A DNA stretch of 64,000 nt from contig JBEISK010000005.1 of NCBI GenBank assembly GCA_040375445.1, positions 3,546 through 67,545 of the forward strand, written 5' to 3'. The notes under the pieces are model-generated. The model did not search any database, was not told where the DNA came from, and saw nothing but the letters and a program-made list of their open reading frames with translations. The position numbers and the translations under genes were made by a program. This stretch comes from Gammaproteobacteria bacterium. GTDB lineage: Bacteria; Cyanobacteriota; Vampirovibrionia; Vampirovibrionales; JAJTHC01. This document shows, in pieces, positions 18,022 to 27,648 of the stretch; within the stretch, counting starts at the first letter, position 1, and each line of letters opens with the position of its first letter.

Positions 18022-19230
18022 ATGCCAAATGAATCCAACCCCTCAACCGACGCCCACTTTACCGATGACCTCTATACCCCCTTTGCCAGCGATTGGCCTT
18101 CTATTGCAGGGCGTCCGCCACGGCGGGTGTCTAAAAAAATATGGGTTGGTAACGTCCCTGTCGGTGGCAATGCCCCTGTTTCCGTGCAAAGCATGCTTGT
18201 GAACGACACCCGAGACATCAAAGAAAGCATCATGCAGATTCAACGCCTCGCGGATGCAGGCGTGGATATTGTGCGTTTAGCTGTTCCTGATGCCGAAGCC
18301 GCAGAAGCCCTAAAATCAATCATTCCAGCGTCGCCTGTGCCCATTGTAGCAGATATTCACTTTGATTACCGCCTCGCCTTGCAAGCGGCGGACAACGGCG
18401 TGCATGCCATTCGTATCAATCCTGGTAATATCGGATCTAAAGACTTTGTGCGAAAAGTCGTAGAAAAATGCAAAGAACGTGAACTCCCGATACGTATTGG
18501 GGTTAACGGTGGTTCGGTGGAAAAAGCCATTAAATTGGCTTACCCCAAGCAGTTGGAACGTCAATTGGTGGAAAGTGCCTTGCTCAACGCTCGCATTTTA
18601 GAAGACGAAAACTTCGATCAGTTTAAAATTTCGGTCAAAGCCAGCGACCCTTTGCAAGCGGTCACGGCGTATCGGGAACTGGCTCGGCGGTGTGATTACC
18701 CATTACATTTAGGCGTCACCGAAGCAGGCACCTTAAAACGCGGCATCTCAAAAAGTGCGTTTGCCTTAGGCATGCTCCTCTATGAAGGCATTGGCGATAC
18801 CATTCGGGTGTCGTTAACGGCCGATAGTGTGGAAGAAGTCTTTGCAGGACAAGAAATTTTACGAAGCGTGGGCTTACGTCAAGAAGGGGTGAACATTATT
18901 TCATGCCCCGCATGTGGACGTTGCGAAGTGGATTTACATGGCTTGACCACTCAAGTAGAACAGCTTATCGCGAAATTGGATGTGCCTTTGACGGTGGCAG
19001 TCATGGGATGCTTTGTCAACGGACCTGGTGAAGCCGAGCATTCGGATGTCGGCATTGCAGGGGGTATTGGGCAGTATTACATTTTCCGTGGGGAAGATCG
19101 TATTCGCCGAGTCCCTGAAGCCGAAGCCTTGGATGCCTTAAAAGATGAGATTGAGCGAGCTACCGAAGAATTCAGAAAAGCGAACCCTGATTGGCAGGGA
19201 AGCAAGAAGGCTCAGCTGATTAGAAAGTAA
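18022..19230 (+). CDS. ispG: (E)-4-hydroxy-3-methylbut-2-enyl-diphosphate synthase
   Basis: VSVQSM, ADIHFDY, RINPGNIG, IRIGVNGGS, HLGVTEAG, ISCPACGR, MGCFVNGPGEA. Confidence 0.97.
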   Translation: MPNESNPSTDAHFTDDLYTPFASDWPSIAGRPPRRVSKKIWVGNVPVGGNAPVSVQSMLVNDTRDIKESIMQIQRLADAGVDIVRLAVPDAEAAEALKSIIPASPVPIVADIHFDYRLALQAADNGVHAIRINPGNIGSKDFVRKVVEKCKERELPIRIGVNGGSVEKAIKLAYPKQLERQLVESALLNARILEDENFDQFKISVKASDPLQAVTAYRELARRCDYPLHLGVTEAGTLKRGISKSAFALGMLLYEGIGDTIRVSLTADSVEEVFAGQEILRSVGLRQEGVNIISCPACGRCEVDLHGLTTQVEQLIAKLDVPLTVAVMGCFVNGPGEAEHSDVGIAGGIGQYYIFRGEDRIRRVPEAEALDALKDEIERATEEFRKANPDWQGSKKAQLIRK

Positions 19231-19304
19231 TTTTTTGCTTATGCTCGTTTACGTGTAGTGTCTTATTAATAAATGGAAAATGAGATGTTTAGACCGTTGC
19301 ATAA

Positions 19305-19530
19305 GCAGGCGTCCAAGCACTAAATCCGAGCGGGTGAGCGTACTGCGAATCCCCGAGCGATTTTGCGGACGTCGTGCAAAGGAATGATGCGAGGAGGTGG
19401 GGATTCAGGGGGGATTTTCAAGGGGGGACGAAGGGGAGGAGAAACGCAATGCGTCCTTCCCCGTCCCCCCTTGAACCGCCTTTGGGGGTTTGGGGAGTCT
19501 TTGGCGGCACAAAGACCCCCGAGCACCAGC
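19305..19530 (+). repeat. GC-rich structured repeat, family C, copy 2
   Basis: Aligns end to end with the reverse complement of 27374-27584. Confidence 0.9.
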
Positions 19531-19706
19531 TCAAGAAAGAAGCGAGAAACCCAAAAGCAGGATTCTTAAAATATCACTCTCTAAACCTAAAACACTAGAT
19601 AAACGTACCATGCTTGGTGGATTCTGTCAAAAAAATAGACAAAGGCGTTCATAATCTCTTATAATGAAGGCAACGTTCGTTTTTCATTAATTGGAGCCAC
19701 TCATCT

Positions 19707-22142
19707 ATGTTTTTTAATAAAAAAGAAGACGCCCATTCATCAAAAAAAAAGGTTAATACACTGGCTCCCGCCTTTCGCTATCCCAAAGTTAAAAATCGAG
19801 AGAAAAATCTCTTAACGCAAGATCCCCCTTCTTTTAATGATGATATTGACAACTACCTTCCTGAATACAATCCCACGGCTCACTTGAAAGTTGACCCCCC
19901 TTCATTAAATCTAAATCCAGATAGTTTACCTCCTTTAGTAAAGCCTGCAACACAGGAGTCGCCTATTTTTAGCTTAGAAGACGATTTGGAGACCAATCCT
20001 GAACTCACGACAAGCCTTTTTTTGGAAGAAGACCCTTCTTCCCTTGAACAGGAAAGTTCTTTTTCACCCATCTTTTCTGTTGAAACAGAAGGGGAATCCC
20101 CTCATTTTATGAAAGAAATAGAATCCGTATCCCTAGAAACGCCTATAACCGTATTGAGCGAGCCTGCGTTTAACTTGCCAAGTGAGATACCAAGCCTTAG
20201 TTCTTATGAAGCACCGCTTTCTTTTGAAGCCACGGATTCAGACGTAGAAAACGTCTATGAAACGGTATTGACTCATGAAATCGAAGATCTGTCTAAACAA
20301 ACTGTACGTGAAGAAGAGCATTTACTCAGTCCTCATGTGGCGAAACCTGCTCCTGAAAAGTTGACGCCAGCGGAAGAACTTTCGATTCAAGACCGTACCC
20401 TCGCGTTTGAAAATGAAGATCACTATTATAATCCCCTTGCCATTGGCGAAACCCTGCCAAGCTATCGCCTCGCCGAAACACAGGCACAAAAGCCGATAGA
20501 CACAACAGAGCTGGATGTTTTTGAAGATTTAGAAGAAGCAGATTTAGACTTACAAGAAAGCTTTGCCGTGGCTCAAAAAAGCAGTGAAGCGTTAGAAGCT
20601 GCTTTTAGCGTTAGCCCTACTGTTGAAGCCTTTAAAGCAGTCGAAGACCCTGTAGAAGATGCCGTTTTTGAAGAGGAAGCATCCGTTGAAGTTGTTTTTG
20701 AAGTAGAGCCTTCTAACGACCCGCCCGTTTTAAGTCCGCAGGAAGAAGACAGTCCCTTTTCGTTTCTTTCCATTGAAGAACCGCCTTCTTTAAGCGAACT
20801 GGAGACAACCGCTCTTTCAGATGTTTTTGAAACAGATATTGATGCATCTTTAGATTCGTCCCTGAATACTTCTTTAGATACCATCTTCGATACTTCAGTA
20901 GAAGCAGAAGCTCCCCCTGAAGAACCTCCCTTTATCCCTATGGATGAGAACACCTTTGACTTTTCACTCTTTTTGGATGAACACCCTGAAGCGGATACAC
21001 CCCTTATTGCTGAGGAAAGTAAGAACGTAGAAGCGGTTGTCCTTCCGAATCAAGACAATAACACGCAAGAGCTGTTTCCAAACAATCTCAATGACGATCT
21101 TGCCCCTTCAGGACGCATGGAGTCCCCCACAGAATCGCTTGAAAGTATTGAAGTGGTTGAGTTTCCAACAGAAGAAAACTTAGTAGTTGAAGACGATGAT
21201 GATTTACAATTCGTCGCCGAACCTTTTGCGTCACCTTCGGTGGAAACGAATTTCATTGCTTTGGAAGAAAATTTGGAAACTTTGTGCGATGCTAATCTTG
21301 AACTAGCGACTTTAGGCTTAGAAACGCCCTTAAATGAAGACCTTTCTGAAAAACGCTTGCCGGAAATTTTACCAGATGCCTTGCCTTTAGATGCCTTTTT
21401 TCTAGAAGAAGACGATCCCTTTGAAACCTTGCCCCCAGAGCTTAGCTCCCTTGAAGAAACAACCCCCACCCTTGCTTACGAAACCTTTCGCCAATTAGAA
21501 GAAGGTGATGATGGCTTAGATGCTGTTGAAAGCACTTTGTCCAACCACTTTTCCATTAAAAGCGATGCCGTGCTTGAAGATCCCAATGCTTTTTTAGATC
21601 CTAACTTGTTTTTTAGTTTAGATAGCTTGGAAGACGGATCAGCACCTGAAGAACTTTCAATGGATTTAGACCCTTTACCTGACTTTGAATCACTGGTGCC
21701 TATCTCCCCCCCTCACGTGTATACTTCGTCTGAAACCAGTGTGGCACAATCCAATAGAAATGAGCTTGCCACCCACGTCCCACCACAAGGCACCAGCGAA
21801 GTCACCTTAGAAGAATACGCCTGCTTGGCATTAGAAGATTTGGATATTCTCGTTTCACAACCTTTTCCTTATGGGGAAAGTCACTTGTACTTAGTTCACG
21901 TTAATAACATGTATGCCATTATTGCCCTCAAGCAAAACAAGTACACCTTCTTACAATCATTTTCAACCTTGCCTGAAGGCGTAGAAACTGCCAAAACAGC
22001 GGAAGGTCTAAAGTCAAAAGACGGCACGATCCAATTAACGTGGAATGCGTCTAGTTACAATGAACATATTTTTGACTTACAATTAGGCGCTTGGCACGCC
22101 TTAGTTGTAGAAGACAGCCAAAATATTACTTTGATGAAGTAG
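19707..22142 (+). CDS. Large highly acidic low-complexity protein with small C-terminal globular domain
   Basis: 811-aa ORF; E/D/P/S/L-rich for about 700 aa; last about 110 aa looks like beta-strands. Confidence 0.8.
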   Translation: MFFNKKEDAHSSKKKVNTLAPAFRYPKVKNREKNLLTQDPPSFNDDIDNYLPEYNPTAHLKVDPPSLNLNPDSLPPLVKPATQESPIFSLEDDLETNPELTTSLFLEEDPSSLEQESSFSPIFSVETEGESPHFMKEIESVSLETPITVLSEPAFNLPSEIPSLSSYEAPLSFEATDSDVENVYETVLTHEIEDLSKQTVREEEHLLSPHVAKPAPEKLTPAEELSIQDRTLAFENEDHYYNPLAIGETLPSYRLAETQAQKPIDTTELDVFEDLEEADLDLQESFAVAQKSSEALEAAFSVSPTVEAFKAVEDPVEDAVFEEEASVEVVFEVEPSNDPPVLSPQEEDSPFSFLSIEEPPSLSELETTALSDVFETDIDASLDSSLNTSLDTIFDTSVEAEAPPEEPPFIPMDENTFDFSLFLDEHPEADTPLIAEESKNVEAVVLPNQDNNTQELFPNNLNDDLAPSGRMESPTESLESIEVVEFPTEENLVVEDDDDLQFVAEPFASPSVETNFIALEENLETLCDANLELATLGLETPLNEDLSEKRLPEILPDALPLDAFFLEEDDPFETLPPELSSLEETTPTLAYETFRQLEEGDDGLDAVESTLSNHFSIKSDAVLEDPNAFLDPNLFFSLDSLEDGSAPEELSMDLDPLPDFESLVPISPPHVYTSSETSVAQSNRNELATHVPPQGTSEVTLEEYACLALEDLDILVSQPFPYGESHLYLVHVNNMYAIIALKQNKYTFLQSFSTLPEGVETAKTAEGLKSKDGTIQLTWNASSYNEHIFDLQLGAWHALVVEDSQNITLMK

Positions 22143-22650
22143 ACGCTTTTTCAAGCACAGCTTCAAAAGGAATTAACGGCGTAAAAGTGAAGCTACAGTC
22201 TTTGGGGAGCTTTGCTCCCATAAGGATGCCGGCTTCGTTGGGGTAGCTGCGGCAAAAAATCGGACGTGCCTCGTAATCCATACACAAGTTGTCTTCGCCC
22301 AAATTGTGGCACTTAAACACGACGCCTGTTTCCGTTTCGTATTGGGCTTCAAAAAATTGGTATTCATCAGGATGCAAGGCCTGCAAGGCTTGAAAGTCTT
22401 CCACCGACTGAATCACCTGCTTGCCGTAGGTAAGGAACAAGTTCTTGCAACAATCCCCGCATTGGTTGCAGGTGCCTGTTCGCACGGTGTACTTACCTTT
22501 TTCAATCACTTCTTTATAGGGAAACAAACGGTGCCGTAATTGACGAGACCACTTCAACAGTAGCGAAGAAAAGGGGATGCACCCTAATATAGTGAGGTAA
22601 AGCCGACTGCTGAGGCGTCGTTTGGGAAAAGAAGAGGGTAAATGGCGCAT
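22126..22650 (-). CDS. YkgJ/CxxCxxCC family cysteine-cluster protein
   Basis: CNQCGDCC ... CHNL..NLCMDYEARPIFCRSYP. Confidence 0.85.
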   Translation of the reverse strand: MRHLPSSFPKRRLSSRLYLTILGCIPFSSLLLKWSRQLRHRLFPYKEVIEKGKYTVRTGTCNQCGDCCKNLFLTYGKQVIQSVEDFQALQALHPDEYQFFEAQYETETGVVFKCHNLGEDNLCMDYEARPIFCRSYPNEAGILMGAKLPKDCSFTFTPLIPFEAVLEKASTSSK

Positions 22651-22713
22651 AGCTCCATTTTAAAAGAAACATCGCAGAAAGGCAAGTGAGAGTCACCTGT
22701 AAAGCGTTTGATT

Positions 22714-23427
22714 TTAATTAGAGCCGTTATTTAGTTGAGCTATTACTTCTCTTAAACCGTTATTTCTGTTTAACCAACCATTTAGGAATACACCTTGCCC
22801 TCGTGCGCGTGCAAAACGACGATAGGTTTGTTCCCTAATACGCAGATATTGATGAGGATCTTCTTGACTTTGGGACAGTAAACGTTCTGCTCGTTTAGGG
22901 CCCATGTTAACGGCTGTGTCAAAATGTACCATGGCTAGTGGCTGATTCGTTTGAGCAATTTTATCGGCACCACTGGCCCTCCAATAATCATTATAATAAA
23001 TATCTCGTATTTCTTTTTCAGAAATGTTTCTAACATATTTTGAAGTTAATCCTCTTCTTCCGCGGTAACTGTCATATGTTGCTTGTGTAATCCCTTGCAT
23101 GGTAGCTCCACCTGCATCATTGGGATGATTTGAAAATCCTCCTTCGAATCTTAAAGTATGTTCTAAGGCTACCTGAAAGTTAGAATCTGTTTCAGGGCTT
23201 GTGCCAGCTGTTTTAGGAGAGTCGGGGCCAGTCGTGTTTCTTGTAGCGAAAAAGGGTCCCTTAGATCCAGCACGACCAGACCACGGAAGTCCACTAGATG
23301 GCTCAAAGGTATCAACACGAGCAAGAGTGGTCGCGGGGGGGGCAGTCGTGGCGGGGGCGGATGATCGGGGGCGCGGTCCAATTTGTTGACTAGCACGTTC
23401 AAATCTATCTAAAGCAAAAACCATCAT
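22714..23427 (-). CDS. Glycoside hydrolase family 108 (lysozyme-like) with disordered N-terminus
   Basis: FEGGFSNHPNDAGGATMQGIT, IYYNDYW, FDTAVNMGP, FLNGWLNR. Confidence 0.88.
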   Translation of the reverse strand: MMVFALDRFERASQQIGPRPRSSAPATTAPPATTLARVDTFEPSSGLPWSGRAGSKGPFFATRNTTGPDSPKTAGTSPETDSNFQVALEHTLRFEGGFSNHPNDAGGATMQGITQATYDSYRGRRGLTSKYVRNISEKEIRDIYYNDYWRASGADKIAQTNQPLAMVHFDTAVNMGPKRAERLLSQSQEDPHQYLRIREQTYRRFARARGQGVFLNGWLNRNNGLREVIAQLNNGSN

Positions 23428-23559
23428 TTAATCGTCTCCTTCTGTGTGTGTTCGGGGGGGGATTTCGTGTTTTAATAAAAACAATCATTCCTTGCGAATT
23501 GCCCGCTTTAAGAAAGCTTTAAGCTTTCATAGAGGCCTTCTTTCTGCTATGCTGGGTGT

Positions 23560-25371
23560 ATGATGAACCCTCACGCTCCATTTCCCCCCAATGCCCAACG
23601 GCTCGATGCCCTAAGTACCCAGCAGGCTGTTGGAGAACTTCATGCCCTGTTTCAAGGGGCTAAAGTTCAAAAAATCAATCAATACAGCCCCACAGATTTT
23701 TCCTTTCACTTGTGGAAGCCCAACCCTGACAAGCACCCTGCGCTAGATCGGTGCTTTTTGTATGTCCATCTCAACAAGCAAAACCCCTTTTTCGCCATGC
23801 TCACCCACGACGAAGTGAAATCGATGTTTCCCACGGCAACACATCAAAGCCCCCTGCTGATGAGCCTGCGAAAATACTTGCAAGGCAGTCGTTTGGATGT
23901 CGCACAAAGCATAGCGGGTGAACCTGCTTTCACACTGGGCTTTAATTACAGCACCGAATTGGGCTTCAGGGCCTCGGTTAAGCTCGTGGTGGAAATGATT
24001 GGGAAATATAGCAACCTGCTTTTACTAGAAGGTGAAACACAAAAAATCCTTAACCTATTGAACGTCGTGAGTGACGAGCAAAGCCAGCTTCGTCCCCTTC
24101 ATGTGGGAACGCCCTACACCCCTCCCCCCCGTCCACAAGGCAAAACCCCTTGGACGAGCCTTGATTTGTCCCTATTATGGCCAACTGTCGACACCCCTTA
24201 TTCGGCAGAAACGGCATTTGACGCCATTAAGTCGGTGGGTTGGGGTATCGCTAAACATTTGGCGATGCCGTTACTAGAAACGGCACGCTCGTTTGAAGAA
24301 GCTCAAACCATTTTGAAGCAATGGGAAACGCATCCGCAGGGGGTACTGTTTCGAGATGCACATGGCGTCTTAACAGGTTTTCATGGCGTGGATGTCACAG
24401 GCAAAGGTGAAGCGGTTGGCTCGTCTCTACTTGCGGTGAGCGTTTATTACGGTTCGTGGAAGCAAGGGCAGTTGTGGGAAGAGGCTCGTCAACACTTACG
24501 CAAGCCCTTACGCAAGAAGCTAAACATACTCAAAAAAGGCTTAGAACACTTAAATACCAGTCAAGTCACGTCCCATACCCTAGACGATCTGCAAGTGAAG
24601 GGCGATATTTTAATGACGCTGTATAGTATGCGGCATTTCACGCAGGCAAAACCCTTTGAAAATACGTTTACGCCTGAAATGAATCCCTTAACAGGTGAAG
24701 CTGGCGAAGCGATTGATGTGGATGTCAAAAAAACGTGGCTCGAAAATGCCCAAGTCTATTACCGTTTGGTTCAAAAAGCCAAGGGTCGCAATACTTACAC
24801 GATTGAAGAACGCCTGCGTTTAGAAAACGAGCTTGCGTATTATAAGTCTTTGTCAGTTTTGTTGGAAAATGCCGAATCCTTAGAGGATCTTCATACCCTT
24901 GAAGCCGATTGGCGAGAGGCGGGCTTAGTAAAAGCGTTGAAATCAAAGGCTGGCAAGGGAAAAGCCTCTCCAAAAGCGGCGGCTGAAGAGGTGGGTGTTT
25001 TGAAGCTCACCAGCCCAGATGACTTGGTGATTTGGGTGGGGAAAAGCAGTAAAGCCAACGGTCAACTCATTCAGAAGCATTTGCGTCCGAAAGATTGGTG
25101 GGTGCATGTGGCGGAAGGTTTGTCGGGCTCTCATGTGGTGGTGAAGGTACATGGCACGCCGTGGGCAGACACGCCCAGCCTGCCGTTGCCCACACTCGCC
25201 ATGGCAACGGCTTTGGCGGCATGGTATTCCGAAGCACGTGACAGTGGGAAAGTGCCTGTTTTGTATACACGGGGCAAGTATGTTCGCCCCATTCCACAGT
25301 CATGGGCAGGGCATGTGAACTATTCGCATGAAGAAGCCCTCATGATCACCCCTCAAAAAGACGGGTTTTAG
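23560..25371 (+). CDS. rqcH: NFACT family protein RqcH/Rqc2 (FbpA-like)
   Basis: LRKYLQGSRL, LVVEMIGKYSNLLL, ENAQVYYR..KAK, NFACT-R IWVGKSSKAN..WWVHV..GSHVV. Confidence 0.88.
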   Translation: MMNPHAPFPPNAQRLDALSTQQAVGELHALFQGAKVQKINQYSPTDFSFHLWKPNPDKHPALDRCFLYVHLNKQNPFFAMLTHDEVKSMFPTATHQSPLLMSLRKYLQGSRLDVAQSIAGEPAFTLGFNYSTELGFRASVKLVVEMIGKYSNLLLLEGETQKILNLLNVVSDEQSQLRPLHVGTPYTPPPRPQGKTPWTSLDLSLLWPTVDTPYSAETAFDAIKSVGWGIAKHLAMPLLETARSFEEAQTILKQWETHPQGVLFRDAHGVLTGFHGVDVTGKGEAVGSSLLAVSVYYGSWKQGQLWEEARQHLRKPLRKKLNILKKGLEHLNTSQVTSHTLDDLQVKGDILMTLYSMRHFTQAKPFENTFTPEMNPLTGEAGEAIDVDVKKTWLENAQVYYRLVQKAKGRNTYTIEERLRLENELAYYKSLSVLLENAESLEDLHTLEADWREAGLVKALKSKAGKGKASPKAAAEEVGVLKLTSPDDLVIWVGKSSKANGQLIQKHLRPKDWWVHVAEGLSGSHVVVKVHGTPWADTPSLPLPTLAMATALAAWYSEARDSGKVPVLYTRGKYVRPIPQSWAGHVNYSHEEALMITPQKDGF

Positions 25372-25376
25372 GACTC

Positions 25377-26180
25377 TTACTGCCCGATTTGTTCAAACGT
25401 CGTTTGGGTCGGTTGGGCAAGATCTCTCCAAAATTTGGTAAGGGCTCGTTTGCCTTCTTGAAATTGTTCTACGACCCGCCCATGTGTTTCGCCTTGTTTG
25501 AGTGGAGGTAAGTTCAATATAACACTTCTAGAACCCTCTGGATTCGAATCTGAAGGAAGACGCAAATTCCCAAGTGAAGCGATCAGTTCTTGTTTGATTG
25601 CTAGTTTCCCTGGAACAATCAAAGAATCAGATGTTTCTTGAGCCCAAATTGTCGGAGCATTACCAAGTCCTGCTAATTCGGTGGTGTTAAACAAACTCGT
25701 ACTGGATCCTTTTTCATTTAACGAAGCAGGTGTTATTTGAGTGGTTAAACTAGCAGAAAGAGGTGCCGAGACAAAAGCCTGTAATTTGTTGGGAGTTTTT
25801 TTAGACAAATCTGCATGATCAATTCGACTCACTAACGTGGACGAGGAGTTTACCCTGCCGAAGTAGTAAAAAAGTTTTATCGCATGAGCCAAAACCTCGT
25901 CTATTGCAGAACCAAGTTCTCTATTTCTTGAAAACTGAATTTTTTGCTCCTTAGTACGAAAACGCAGAACGTCATTGGCTGGGGTAGTCGTCCTTCTTAT
26001 GCTTGGTACAATTTTTAAGGCCATGCCCTCCCAAGGGCTATCTCGTCCAACAAAGCTATTTACTAATTCCACATACCCTTTTACAAAGGCTCCCTGTGTC
26101 TTCGAATTAGCAAAGAGTAATCCTTGTCTTTGTTGAGTTGAGTTGAGTTGAGTTGAGTTGAGTTGGAGCGGACTGGACAT
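25377..26180 (-). CDS. Hypothetical protein with 5' (CAACT)6 tract; true start may be the out-of-frame ATG at 26197
   Basis: 267-aa ORF; stronger RBS (AGAGGA) precedes ATGs at 26200/26197 in another frame. Confidence 0.65.
   Translation of the reverse strand: MSSPLQLNSTQLNSTQQRQGLLFANSKTQGAFVKGYVELVNSFVGRDSPWEGMALKIVPSIRRTTTPANDVLRFRTKEQKIQFSRNRELGSAIDEVLAHAIKLFYYFGRVNSSSTLVSRIDHADLSKKTPNKLQAFVSAPLSASLTTQITPASLNEKGSSTSLFNTTELAGLGNAPTIWAQETSDSLIVPGKLAIKQELIASLGNLRLPSDSNPEGSRSVILNLPPLKQGETHGRVVEQFQEGKRALTKFWRDLAQPTQTTFEQIGQ
26136..26165 (-). repeat. Pentanucleotide SSR (CAACT)6
   Basis: Six perfect AGTTG units on the + strand. Confidence 0.95.
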
Positions 26181-26298
26181 AACCTACTAATGTTCATCAT
26201 AAAATCCTCTACATATTAAAAAACACAAAACACTAAAGATGCTATTGTAGTTTAATATGGTTAAATAGGGTTGTTTATGACAAAAGTGTTACAACTAT

Positions 26299-26763
26299 CT
26301 AAGCGTTTAAGGTGCTCAACATCCCGACACGACGTTCGTGACGCTCCCCTTCAAAGCGAGCATTCAACCACGCTTGAGTAATCACCGTGCCATACGCCCC
26401 TGAAACAAAGCGTCCGCCCATGCACAAGACGTTAGAATCGTTATGTTCACGGCTGAGTTGAGCCAAGTACGCATCATGCGCATGCACCGCCCGCACCCAA
26501 GGGAAGCGATTAGCCGCAATCGCCACACCCACGCCTGAACCACAGGTGATAATGGCTTTAGAAATGTCCGCTTCTTGCATGAAGCGTGCCACTTTTTCAG
26601 CAATCGACGGATAGTCCACCTTATCCGTTTCGCTAAAGCATCCCAAATCTTGCACATCATAGCCTTGTTGAGACAAGTAATCCGCCAAAACAGACTTTAG
26701 GGCAAACCCAGCATGATCGCACCCTACGACGATGCGTTTGTCGATGACATTTTTAATAGTCAT
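26299..26763 (-). CDS. rpiB: Ribose 5-phosphate isomerase B
   Basis: GCDHAGF, VDYP, CGSGVGVAIAANR, REHNDSNVLCMG, FEGERHERRV. Confidence 0.96.
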   Translation of the reverse strand: MTIKNVIDKRIVVGCDHAGFALKSVLADYLSQQGYDVQDLGCFSETDKVDYPSIAEKVARFMQEADISKAIITCGSGVGVAIAANRFPWVRAVHAHDAYLAQLSREHNDSNVLCMGGRFVSGAYGTVITQAWLNARFEGERHERRVGMLSTLNA

Positions 26764-26784
26764 GATTTTACCTAACTATTGGTA

Positions 26785-27180
26785 TTAATTGTCGTGATGC
26801 TTGTGGTCGTGCGTGCAATCGTCCCCATGCACGTGATCGTCACACAAGCCCAAATGATCATGTAAGTCTACTTCAAAATCCATGCCTTCAAGCTGTTCGA
26901 TGACTTTATTGAACTCGTCTTCATCTTCAATCGATTCATAGACACGTTCTTCGCCGTCTAGCGTCACTTTCATCACCACAAACTCTTCTTCATAACCTTC
27001 TTCAGAATCGGGGGCATCCAAGGAATCACCCTGATATACCAACAAAGCATAGAGGCTACCGTCAATTTCAAACTCTTCAACAGGCTCAAAATAATGGACG
27101 TTGCCGTCTTCATCGGTGGTTTCTACCACGGCGACTTCATGCAAGTTTTTTTTCAATTCAGCATCATCAAATCCCATCAT
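26785..27180 (-). CDS. DUF1292-like acidic protein with His/Cys-rich tail
   Basis: TDEDGNVHYFE..FEIDGSLYALL..IEDEDEFNKV pattern; tail HDHLGLCDDHVHGDDCTHDHKHHDN. Confidence 0.7.
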   Translation of the reverse strand: MMGFDDAELKKNLHEVAVVETTDEDGNVHYFEPVEEFEIDGSLYALLVYQGDSLDAPDSEEGYEEEFVVMKVTLDGEERVYESIEDEDEFNKVIEQLEGMDFEVDLHDHLGLCDDHVHGDDCTHDHKHHDN

Positions 27181-27373
27181 TTCAAGTATTTCCTTTATTT
27201 AGCTGTACTTCCCGAGAAGCTTTCTAGCAGGTCACACCTTATTTAATCACAAGGGCATTTTGACGACAACCCTTTGTTTTTTCTTTGTGTTTTAGAAAGG
27301 TTTGCATTACACTAGACCTTGATATTTAATTATTTGTTTCTTTACAAGAAAATAGATAACTTGTTCCTTTTAG

Positions 27374-27584
27374 GCTGGTGGTCGTCAGAGACCTTTGCTC
27401 CGCCAAAGGTCTCCAACACCTCTAAAGGCGGTTTAAGGGGGGACGGGGGAGGACGTATTGCGTTTCTCCTCCCCTTCGTCCCCCCTTAAAAATCCCCCCT
27501 GAAACCCCACCTCGTCGCATCATTCCATTGCACGACGTCCGCAAAATGTCTCGGAAGCCTCGCATTTAGTGCTTGGACGCCTGC
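27374..27584 (-). repeat. GC-rich structured repeat, family C, copy 3
   Basis: Reverse complement aligns with 19305-19530; 27536-27572 is identical to 3768-3804. Confidence 0.9.
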
Positions 27585-27648
27585 CCATCGATTATCTCCA
27601 TTTTCGCAAAGAAGTTAATTGCAACAAAATAAAAAGGATTTAAACACC

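Noticed and set aside
22714-23427. Prophage remnant around the GH108 lysozyme
   Set aside because: No holin, integrase, structural genes or att-like repeats; flanks are ordinary chromosomal genes.
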